Program-made: the position numbers and the translations under genes
DNA from: an archaeon
Lineage (GTDB): Archaea > Nanobdellota > Nanobdellia > Pacearchaeales > GW2011-AR1
Assembly (NCBI GenBank): GCA_018697295.1
Contig: JABHTJ010000006.1
Location: forward strand, 5,133-69,132
Direction of reading: 5' to 3'
Length of the DNA stretch: 64,000 nt
The notes under the pieces: model-generated
The model's input: only the letters and a program-made list of their open reading frames with translations
Database searches by the model: none
What the model was told of the DNA's origin: nothing
Shown here: positions 1-7,949 of the stretch, in pieces
Numbering within the stretch: position 1 is the first letter of the stretch
How the letters are laid out: every line of letters begins with the position of its first letter

Positions 1-350
1 GCCATCAAACAATAGCAACCCATTTCGGTGCAAAAATAATTCTCTTGCCAAAACTCCAAAACACAGCAGAGAAAGTAAAAATCACAAAATCAAAAGAACC
101 AATCTTCAAGGGAATAAAATCAAACGCATACCTTCGAGAATTCCACAAATACGCAATCGAAAAACTTCCAAAAGATTTTATTCTCCTCGCAAAATCAAAA
201 GCAACAAAAATCGAAGCCATGAAACATAAAACAAAAAAAATCTATTCCTTCCAAGGTCATCCCGAAGTCTCAGGCCTTGACGGCCAGTTAATCTTAAGGA
301 ACTTTCTGAAAATGTGCGGGATTAAATATATCTTAGAATTAAAGAAATAA
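1..350 (+). CDS. guaA: GMP synthase glutamine amidotransferase subunit (class I GATase), 3' part; the gene runs off the left edge
   Basis: The frame is open from nt 3 (HQTIATHFGAKI...), so the ORF-track TTG at 45 is not the true start. KKIYSFQGHPEVS matches the GATase His-Pro-Glu catalytic region. TAA at 348-350. Confidence 0.65.
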   Translation, partial: HQTIATHFGAKIILLPKLQNTAEKVKITKSKEPIFKGIKSNAYLREFHKYAIEKLPKDFILLAKSKATKIEAMKHKTKKIYSFQGHPEVSGLDGQLILRNFLKMCGIKYILELKK

Positions 351-365
351 AAAACGCTCCCACCG
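349..365 (-). repeat. Isolated copy of the tRNA-Glu 3' end plus T-run (att-like direct repeat)
   Basis: aaaaaacgctcccaccg is identical over 17 nt to 48163-48179, the 3' end and flank of tRNA-Glu-UUC. Its last 12 nt are identical to 4735-4746, the 3' end of tRNA-Glu-CUC. It has the same orientation as both genes. Confidence 0.6.
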
Positions 366-525
366 AGTTAGATAGCAACGTGTGATAATCGAGGGCGTTA
401 TTTTTGTCCTTGATTTTAATTAATTTATTGAAGGTGTTCAGATTTATAAGTATTGTCGAGATTAGATTGATAGTAGTGTGGGGGTTTTAAGATTATCGAA
501 TATTTACCCGTACTTAAGCAATCTA

Positions 526-777
526 CGGATTACAACTTTGGGGGGCTTCCCACATAGCAAGTTGGATAAACCCTTTTTTTTCTGGACTTCTAAGTCGGTG
601 CTCAACATCCACGACCCTATATTTACCTAAAGTATTCACGCCATAGTAATCTACTAAATCAACTAAGTAAGACTCGCCAATTCTTGGAAGTACACCTTGT
701 TTTGTCCTTACATTTACTGTATTACTGGTGCAGGTTCCCTCTTCATCTTGAAGTTCTAGATTATAGAATTTTACCTC
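526..777 (-). pseudogene. Open frame of 84 codons with no usable start codon; possible decayed gene
   Basis: My translation reads EVKFYNLELQDEEGTCTSNTVNVRTKQGVLPRIGESYLVDLVDYYGVNTLGKYRVVDVEHRLRSPEKKGFIQLAMWEAPQSCNP. It is bounded by TAG at 778-780 and TAG at 523-525 and has no ATG near its 5' end. Confidence 0.2.
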
Positions 778-1994
778 CTATATTTTGGGCGTTCCCTTTT
801 AAATTCAACTCTTTGCATTTCTCTTTCTTTTGAATAACCTAGTTTCACAAACTGAGGGCATAGATCTTTTTCTTCTCCTAAATAGCTTTCTTTGAAGTGT
901 CCTGCTATTTCTTCTTCTATTCCTTTAGTCTCTATTCCTCTCTCAGATAGTGAGTCGATAGCCCTATCAAGAAATAATTCTCCTATTATGAAATCATAGG
1001 ATAAGGTCATATATTCTTTTAATTGCCGTTGATCCCATAATATATCTTGCTTTGAACTCTCATCCTCATGTGAGGGCAACACTCTCTTGCAGGGATTAAT
1101 AAGATTTCCATTGAAGTCTCTAAATGAAAATAATGGATCTGCAAAATCTTGGTCTAATTGATAGAGGAGATTCTGGCCGTGTAAATTTGGGATAACCCCT
1201 AGTTGGAAATTAAACCAATTCCATATATCTATTAATGGAACAACAATTCTTTCTAAAAAATAATCTCTTACCGAAGTTCCCTCAAGCTCGGCTAATTGTT
1301 CAATCAATAAAGGGTCTTCGGGTTTTTTTAAGTCTGGACTACAAACTGATGCAAGAGGTATTTTAAGAGGTTTGTGGTGTGGAAAGCTATCATACTCTCG
1401 TAGAATCATTCCTCCAAGTCTTCTTACTAATGGTATTTCTATTCCTAAAGGTTCTCTATTGTAGGAGAATGTTTTTGGCAGATTATCTTTTCCGCATTGG
1501 AAGTCTAATTCTTGAGTTAACCATAATGACTCTTCTATGTCTTCTTTATGCAATGTTCTTTTACACCCCGAAATTCTTGCCGGAAACGATGTTTTAACAT
1601 AGCTTGTGAGTGGTTCGGATACCTTAAATGTCCTATTTGATGCAGTTGGGTCTGCGCACAAAGTACTTTTTTCCACTGACATTTTTTCTAATCTCTCATA
1701 TTCTTCTGCAAAACCTTGGCCTCTTACCCCTGGGTGAGGAATGAAATAAACATGTTCTTCATCTTGGAATGCTTTCTCAAGGGGAGATTCTTCTTCAGGA
1801 TTATGGTGTATGATTGCTTTAGAACGAGGAATTTTGAAGCGCTCAAGAACTATTTTTTCTGGACCTTTATAGGCGCTGTGCTCAGGACTTAACACTCCCA
1901 AAGTATATGGTCTTGTTGCTTCTTTAAAGTTTATATATCTCTCTGCATGAACACACGCAGATACTGGGTCAGACAAAAGGTGTTCTAACTTCAT
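771..1994 (-). CDS. Compact IucA/IucC-like (NIS-synthetase-like) ATP-dependent ligase, 407 aa
   Basis: Motifs occur in family order: FIPHPGV (cf. HPWQ), DPTASNRTFKV (cf. PTAS-x-RT), KTSFPARISGCKRTL (cf. K-S-L-x-I-T-S-x-R), NLHGQNLLYQL (cf. EAHGQN) and SFRDFNG (cf. RDF-x-G). Confidence 0.5.
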   Translation of the reverse strand: MKLEHLLSDPVSACVHAERYINFKEATRPYTLGVLSPEHSAYKGPEKIVLERFKIPRSKAIIHHNPEEESPLEKAFQDEEHVYFIPHPGVRGQGFAEEYERLEKMSVEKSTLCADPTASNRTFKVSEPLTSYVKTSFPARISGCKRTLHKEDIEESLWLTQELDFQCGKDNLPKTFSYNREPLGIEIPLVRRLGGMILREYDSFPHHKPLKIPLASVCSPDLKKPEDPLLIEQLAELEGTSVRDYFLERIVVPLIDIWNWFNFQLGVIPNLHGQNLLYQLDQDFADPLFSFRDFNGNLINPCKRVLPSHEDESSKQDILWDQRQLKEYMTLSYDFIIGELFLDRAIDSLSERGIETKGIEEEIAGHFKESYLGEEKDLCPQFVKLGYSKEREMQRVEFKRERPKYRR

Positions 1995-2746
1995 GGTTTT
2001 TCAGGCAACGTAGTTAGTGCCTGAGCGTTTGCACAAAGGAGTTGTGAATCGGGATTAGCACCTACAGTTACATAAAAGGGAGAATCATATCCTGGCATAC
2101 GAAAAGAAAGGGGAGATAGAAATGGAGTTTCAGATGTAGCTCTTTCCTCAAGAAAAACAAGAAGCCTCTCATATGGCTTTCGTCCGATAAAGTTTGCATC
2201 ATCCTCCAATTTGCTTTGGGAAAAAGAAAGATTTTGAGGTACTTCCGTTGGATCCCGGAGAAGCACGCCCTTTAGGTCATTGTACTTGTAGCTCATAGAA
2301 GTTTTTTCAATTTCATGGCCGCTTGCTATTATCCCATCTAATGATTTATATGATTCTAAAGATAATTGAACTCCTTTAGGATTTTGCGGATTAAAATTAG
2401 TCATGTAATATTCCCATAAAAATCTTCCTTGATTAGTCCACTTTCCCTGGTTGTCAGTTGTATAAATAACTTTTAATTCCTCAGAATCTGGAGTATATGC
2501 TATAAAATCTCCTGTCACGATCTGTTCCTTAGAGGGAATGTAATAGCTTGCTAGCGATGCGATGGAAAATGGTCTGAAAGCATCTTCATACAACATAGAT
2601 TCAATATTTCTTTTAAGGTTCTCTTTGCCATAAAGTTTAAACTCTGACTCTTGCTGAGGACTCCAGCCAGAATAATCTGCAAAATGTTGAGCTTTTTCTA
2701 GCACTCCTTCCATTCCATTCCTAAAAGAGATTTCAAACCCCATCAA
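1991..2746 (-). CDS. Hypothetical protein, 251 aa, translationally coupled to the IucA/IucC-like gene
   Basis: ORF track; ATGA start/stop overlap at 1991-1994; no domain recognised. Confidence 0.55.
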   Translation of the reverse strand: MMGFEISFRNGMEGVLEKAQHFADYSGWSPQQESEFKLYGKENLKRNIESMLYEDAFRPFSIASLASYYIPSKEQIVTGDFIAYTPDSEELKVIYTTDNQGKWTNQGRFLWEYYMTNFNPQNPKGVQLSLESYKSLDGIIASGHEIEKTSMSYKYNDLKGVLLRDPTEVPQNLSFSQSKLEDDANFIGRKPYERLLVFLEERATSETPFLSPLSFRMPGYDSPFYVTVGANPDSQLLCANAQALTTLPEKP

Positions 2747-2811
2747 ATTTTTCTCCCATAATTTTGTTTTACCATATTATAATAGTAACATATAGAAATA
2801 TAAGTATTATG

Positions 2812-2845
2812 CTAATATAATAATAACTACCTAATATAATAATAA
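2812..2845. promoter_or_regulatory. Two perfect 15-nt direct repeats (ctaatataataataa) in a divergent promoter region
   Basis: The copies lie at 2812-2826 and 2831-2845, 19 nt start to start. They sit between the minus-strand operon (start 2746) and the AbrB/PhoU regulator gene (start 2885). Confidence 0.4.
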
Positions 2846-2884
2846 AACACATATATTTATATATTCTCAATCACTCTCTATCAC

Positions 2885-3778
2885 ATGCAAAGAAAAGTTA
2901 TTCAACAAGGTCCAAGCACAATGATGGTCTCATTGCCAAGCACTTGGATTAAAGAAAATGCCGTTAAAAAAGGAGACTTCATCGATCTAGACCTACGGGG
3001 AGACGAAATTACATTATCCATAACTACTGATAAAGGCAAAAAAAGCTGTAAAATAAATTTTTCTCGAAAAGAAGATTATTTTGACAGAATTATAGTAAAA
3101 AAATATCGCGAAGGTTTTGATGAAATTATTGTAACTTATGAAGATCCAACAATCATGGAAAAAATAAGAAAAACTTTGAAAAAACTTTTAGGTTTTGAAA
3201 TTATTGAGCAAACACAAAATTCTTGCACTATAGGAAATTTAGCTAAGGGTTCTTCAGAAGATTATTTGCAAATGGTCAGGAGAATGTTTCAGATTACCCT
3301 TGCGCTTGGAGAGTCATGCCTAAAACTTACAAAAGGAAATAAACAAATGATTGATGCCATCCAAGAAATGAACGAGACATTAATCCCCTTAGAGCAATAT
3401 AATTTAAGATTAATACAATTACAAAAGGAGTTTTCACCGGATAAAAAAATCTCTGATTTTTTCTTAATATGGAATATCGGTTTGTGTGGGAAAAAATGGG
3501 CTTCTTTTGCAAAAGACCATTTAACAAAAAATAATAGTTATACAAAGAAAGAAATAGAATTCTTTCAAGAAGTTGTAGAATATCAAAATACTATTTATGA
3601 TACCTATTATGACCAAAAGAAAGAAACATTGCATAAAATCAAGGAAAAAGAAACTAAACTAAGAAAGACAGGTGCTTCATGTTTAGAGACGAGTAAACAT
3701 AAAATGATCATTTTCAATTTATTAAGAATGATTGATAGATTACATGAAATCACACTCTATTTTGAGGTTTTAGAATAA
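2885..3778 (+). CDS. SpoVT/AbrB-domain plus PhoU-like regulator (archaeal phosphate uptake regulator type)
   Basis: The N-terminus VIQQGPSTMMVSLPSTWIKENAVKKGDFIDLDL is an AbrB-type swapped-hairpin motif. The helical remainder is typical of PhoU-like domains. Confidence 0.6.
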   Translation: MQRKVIQQGPSTMMVSLPSTWIKENAVKKGDFIDLDLRGDEITLSITTDKGKKSCKINFSRKEDYFDRIIVKKYREGFDEIIVTYEDPTIMEKIRKTLKKLLGFEIIEQTQNSCTIGNLAKGSSEDYLQMVRRMFQITLALGESCLKLTKGNKQMIDAIQEMNETLIPLEQYNLRLIQLQKEFSPDKKISDFFLIWNIGLCGKKWASFAKDHLTKNNSYTKKEIEFFQEVVEYQNTIYDTYYDQKKETLHKIKEKETKLRKTGASCLETSKHKMIIFNLLRMIDRLHEITLYFEVLE

Positions 3779-3787
3779 GCATAAAAA

Positions 3788-4702
3788 ATGGACTTCAACG
3801 CAAAATTTGAACCAAAAGAAAACAAGATAATTCATGGCGCTGGACAGAGTTTAGAAGCTTTTTCTAACTATTGGAATGCGGTTGAAGATTACAAACCTGC
3901 AATGTATATGACTTATGCCAAGATTCCTAAAATTCAAAAGTGGATTGAAACTATGAAAATAGAATCAAAGAAATTTCCAAATATTATTTTACAAATTGGT
4001 TTAAAAATCTTAGATTCTAAAGGAGAAGATCTTACCTTAGAAGTCTTGGGCGGAAAGTATGATAAAGATTTAAACGAATTTTTTAAGACAATAAAAGAAT
4101 TTGAAAATCCCGTATTTCTTAGAATTGGCTATGAATTTGATAAACGAGGAAAATATGATTCTAAAAATTTTATTTTAGCATGGAAATATATTGTAGATAT
4201 GTATAAAAAAATGGGAGTTAAAAATATTGCAACTGTTTGGTGTGCAGCACCTTATAATGGGACAGAACCTGTTGAGCCATATTATCCTGGAGACAAATAT
4301 GTTGATTGGTTTGGGATAGATATTTTTTTATCCAGACATCTAAGTAGAAAATATGACCCTATAGAAAAATTTTTAGAATTAGCAATAGAACACAAAAAAC
4401 CTGTAATGGTTGGAGAATCCACTCCTGCAGAGGTTGGAGTTTTAGAAGGAGAAAAAAGTTGGGGTAATTGGTTTGAAAAATATTTCCGATGGATTAATAG
4501 CCATAAACAAATTAAGGCATTTTGTTATATTAATTGGGATTGGGCTATTGATAAGACTTGGGGCAGTCCTGGAACGTGGGGAAATTGTAGAATTGAAGAA
4601 AATGAAATTGTTAGGAAAAAGTTTGTTAGGGAATTAGGTAATCCAAAATATATTCATAATCAGAAGATGGAAGATTTTTTAGGGAAAGTTTATACCTATT
4701 AG
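3788..4702 (+). CDS. Glycoside hydrolase, GH26-like TIM barrel
   Basis: FLRIGYEFD (acid/base region), YYPGDKYVDWFGIDIF (GH26-type YPGD-x-YVDW-x-G-x-D) and KPVMVGES (nucleophile Glu). No signal peptide. Ends in TAG. Confidence 0.5.
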   Translation: MDFNAKFEPKENKIIHGAGQSLEAFSNYWNAVEDYKPAMYMTYAKIPKIQKWIETMKIESKKFPNIILQIGLKILDSKGEDLTLEVLGGKYDKDLNEFFKTIKEFENPVFLRIGYEFDKRGKYDSKNFILAWKYIVDMYKKMGVKNIATVWCAAPYNGTEPVEPYYPGDKYVDWFGIDIFLSRHLSRKYDPIEKFLELAIEHKKPVMVGESTPAEVGVLEGEKSWGNWFEKYFRWINSHKQIKAFCYINWDWAIDKTWGSPGTWGNCRIEENEIVRKKFVRELGNPKYIHNQKMEDFLGKVYTY

Positions 4703-4735
4703 ATTTATTGTTCAACGCTCCGTCGGAGATTCTCA

Positions 4736-4897
4736 CGCTCCCACCGGGATTTGAACCCGGGTCACCGCCGTTCTCCAATGAATCTCAAAAGAGATTATCG
4801 GTGATGTTCAAAGATGAACACAAAGTTTATCGACTCATCGTCTAAAACTTTTCACCTCTTGAGAGGGCGGCATCCTTGGCCACTAGACTATAGGAGC
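4736..4897 (-). tRNA. tRNA-Glu(CUC) with an 89-nt intron at the canonical 37/38 position (intron 4771-4859)
   Basis: The reverse complement reads GCTCCTA TA GTCT AGTGGCCAAGG AT G CCGCC CTCTCA[intron]C GGCGG TGAC CCGGG TTCAAAT CCCGG TGGGAGC G. The exons differ from tRNA-Glu-UUC at 3 positions. Confidence 0.85.
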
Positions 4898-4991
4898 ATA
4901 AACTCAAGGTAACAAAACCTCTTTATAAGATTTACCAAGATTTTATCCAGTCAATAATAACTTTTAAGAACTAAAACCTTCTTATTCAGAC

Positions 4992-7427
4992 ATGCAACAA
5001 ACTAACTTCGCTGCAATAGAAAAAAAGTGGCAAGGCCGATGGGAAAAAGAAAAAACGTTCGAGGTAGATGAGAAATCAAAAAAACAAAAACACTACATTC
5101 TTGAAATGTTTCCCTATCCATCTGGACTCGGACTTCACATGGGCCACGCACTTATGTATACGCTCGGAGACATTTATTCACGATTCAAAAAACTACAAGG
5201 ATTCAACGTTCTCCATCCAATGGGATACGACGCGCTCGGACTTCCCGCAGAAAACGCGGCAATCAAAGACGGAACACTCCCATCAAAATATACAAAAAAG
5301 TCAATCGATAATTTTACAAAGTTATTCAAGAAATTCGGAATCAGTTACGATTGGACAAGAACTCTAAGCACCTCAGATCCTTCATACTACAAATGGGATC
5401 AATGGATTTTTCTAAAGATGCTCGAGAAAGGACTTGCATATCAAAAAGAATCAAGCGTTAATTGGTGTTCAAAATGTGAAACCGTTCTCGCAAACGAACA
5501 AGTTCAAAACGGAATGTGTTGGAGGCACGAAGAAACACCCGTCCAAGTTAAGAAATTAAAACAATGGTTTTTGAAAATAACTGATTATGCTGATGAACTA
5601 TATGAGGGATTAAGCGATTTGAAAGATTGGCCAGAGCGAACAAAGACCATGCAAAGAAATTGGATTGGAAAATCTCATGGAACTCAGATTATGTTCGAAA
5701 TAAATAAAAAAGAATGGCCAATATTTACCACAAGACCAGACACAATTTTTGGAGTAACTTTTATGGTCGTCTCTGCCCAACACACAAGGCTAGATTCTCT
5801 CGTCACACCAGAGCAAGAAATGGAAGTTGACAAATTCTTAAAAAAATTAAAGTCAGTAAGTGAAAAAGATTTTGGAGCGATGGAAAAAGAGGGAGTTTTT
5901 ACTGGAAGTTATGCAATTAATCCTGCGAACAATGAAAAAGTGCCAGTATACGCAGGAAATTTTGTCTTGGCAGATTATGGAAGTGGAATGGTAATGGCAG
6001 TTCCAGCGCATGACAAAAGAGATTTCGAATTCGCAAAAAAATACAAAATTAAAATAACGCAAGTAGTGAGTGGAGATTCAATTACAAAAAAAGCATATGT
6101 TGGAGAAGGCAAATTAATCAATTCAGAAAAATTCAATGACATTTCAAACACGCAAGCAAAAGAAAAAATAACGTCATGGCTTGAAAAGAAAAAAGTTGCA
6201 AAAAAAGTAATAAATTTTAAACTTCGTGATTGGGGAATTTCTCGTCAGCGATACTGGGGAACACCAATCCCAATTATTCATTGTGAAAAGTGCGGAGCAG
6301 TTCCAGTTCCTCAAAAAGATTTACCGCTTAAACTTCCAGAAAAAGTAAAGTTTGGAAAAGGAAATCCACTAGAAACAGCAACGGAGTGGATAAAAACATC
6401 TTGTCCAAGATGTAAGGGAAATGCAAAACGAGAAACCGACACAATGGATACCTTCGTTAATTCTTCTTGGTATTTCTTACGGTATTGTGATTCGTCTAAC
6501 GATAAAGCAATTTTTGATAAAAAGAAAGCAAATTACTGGACACCAGTTGATTATTATTTTGGCGGAAGCGAACATGCATGCATGCATTTAATTTATAGCA
6601 GATTTTATTCAAAATTTCTCAGAGATATCGGGCTCGTAAATTTCGATGAACCATTTACCAAATTATTCCATCAAGGATTTGTTCAGGGTGCGGATGGAAA
6701 CAAAATGAGTAAATCACTTGGAAATGTCGTCGATCCATATGAGATAATCGATAAATTTGGTGTGGATACTCTACGTTTATTCTTGTTCTCCGTCGCTAGT
6801 CCCGATAAAGATTATTCTTGGAGCGAGAATGGAATAATTGGAAGTTTCAAATTCGTTAAAAAAATTATAAACTATTATTCCGAAGTAAAAATTAGTTCAT
6901 CCAAAAAAGATATTCAAGAAAAATTTGCACAAACAGTAACTTTAGTAGAAAAGAATTTTGAGAAAATAGAATATAGGAAAGTTACTATTTTATTAAGAGA
7001 ATTTTTTGAACAATTTTCTAAGGAAAAAGAGAATTCAAAAGAAATTCTCGAAGGATTTTTAATATTGTGTAGTTCTTTTTGTCCTCACATCACCGAAGAA
7101 CTTTGGGAAAAATTAGGAAATAAAGATTTTATCTCAAATGCAGAATGGCCAAAAGGAAAAATAGTAAAACAAGAAATTTCACAAAATAATCCTACTTCAA
7201 AAATCATTGAAGAAATAAAATCTATTCAAAATAAACTCAACTCTTCTTATGAAAAAATTTACGTCTATGTTTTGCCTTTTGAACTATCGTCAATTAACCA
7301 ATCAAAAATAAAGAATACTTTCAAAAAAGACGTAACAATTTTTGCAGTTAATGATTCAAAAAAATATGATCCAAAAAATAAGGCTAAAAACACAAGGCCA
7401 GGTAAACCAAGCATCTACGTAGAATAA
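4992..7427 (+). CDS. leuS: Leucine--tRNA ligase, bacterial-type architecture
   Basis: PYPSGLGLHMGH (HIGH), HPMGYDALGLPAENAAIK, TTRPDTIFGVTFMVVS (CP1 editing T-rich motif) and KMSKSLGN. Confidence 0.95.
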   Translation: MQQTNFAAIEKKWQGRWEKEKTFEVDEKSKKQKHYILEMFPYPSGLGLHMGHALMYTLGDIYSRFKKLQGFNVLHPMGYDALGLPAENAAIKDGTLPSKYTKKSIDNFTKLFKKFGISYDWTRTLSTSDPSYYKWDQWIFLKMLEKGLAYQKESSVNWCSKCETVLANEQVQNGMCWRHEETPVQVKKLKQWFLKITDYADELYEGLSDLKDWPERTKTMQRNWIGKSHGTQIMFEINKKEWPIFTTRPDTIFGVTFMVVSAQHTRLDSLVTPEQEMEVDKFLKKLKSVSEKDFGAMEKEGVFTGSYAINPANNEKVPVYAGNFVLADYGSGMVMAVPAHDKRDFEFAKKYKIKITQVVSGDSITKKAYVGEGKLINSEKFNDISNTQAKEKITSWLEKKKVAKKVINFKLRDWGISRQRYWGTPIPIIHCEKCGAVPVPQKDLPLKLPEKVKFGKGNPLETATEWIKTSCPRCKGNAKRETDTMDTFVNSSWYFLRYCDSSNDKAIFDKKKANYWTPVDYYFGGSEHACMHLIYSRFYSKFLRDIGLVNFDEPFTKLFHQGFVQGADGNKMSKSLGNVVDPYEIIDKFGVDTLRLFLFSVASPDKDYSWSENGIIGSFKFVKKIINYYSEVKISSSKKDIQEKFAQTVTLVEKNFEKIEYRKVTILLREFFEQFSKEKENSKEILEGFLILCSSFCPHITEELWEKLGNKDFISNAEWPKGKIVKQEISQNNPTSKIIEEIKSIQNKLNSSYEKIYVYVLPFELSSINQSKIKNTFKKDVTIFAVNDSKKYDPKNKAKNTRPGKPSIYVE

Positions 7428-7458
7428 GTAAAACATTTTTAAACTAAATATTCTATGA

Positions 7459-7881
7459 TTGACTATGGGTGAACAAATAATTTCTAAGATTCTGCATGGA
7501 CAGCAGATTTCTATCGGACAAAAGGCCGCAGACGGACTATCAAAGTGGGCAGGAAGTTGGACATTTATAATTTTATTTATTATTGCATTAAGTACCTGGA
7601 TAATGATGAATTCTTATTCGACAAATGTAGAAACTTGGGACCCATACCCATATATTCTGCTAAATTTCGTGCTATCTTTCATAGCGGCAATCCAAGCACC
7701 AATAATTTTAATGAGTCAAAACAGACAATCTCAAAAAGATAGAAACAAAATGCAATATGATTATGATGTTAACAAAAAATCACAAAAAGGAATTGAACAG
7801 GTATTAAAACAGGTTCAAAAAATAGAAGAAGCACTTCATATTAATGAGAAAGTAAGGAAGCTAAGAAATAATAAGAAATAA
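7459..7881 (+). CDS. DUF1003-family membrane protein
   Basis: WAGSWTFIILF...WDPYPYILLNFVLSFIAAIQAPIILMSQNRQSQKDR is the family signature. Confidence 0.7.
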   Translation: MTMGEQIISKILHGQQISIGQKAADGLSKWAGSWTFIILFIIALSTWIMMNSYSTNVETWDPYPYILLNFVLSFIAAIQAPIILMSQNRQSQKDRNKMQYDYDVNKKSQKGIEQVLKQVQKIEEALHINEKVRKLRNNKK

Positions 7882-7949
7882 ATTTATTATTCTAATCACC
7901 TATATTCCACCATATATTTTTTTATAATATTATTTTTTCAAATGATGTA

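Noticed and set aside
771-790. A programmed -1 frameshift joining the IucA/IucC-like gene to the start-less 84-codon frame (526-777)
   Set aside because: The -1 frame is open for only two codons before the gene's TAA because of a TAG at 778-780. No X-XXY-YYZ slippery heptamer is present. A decayed gene fragment is the simpler explanation.
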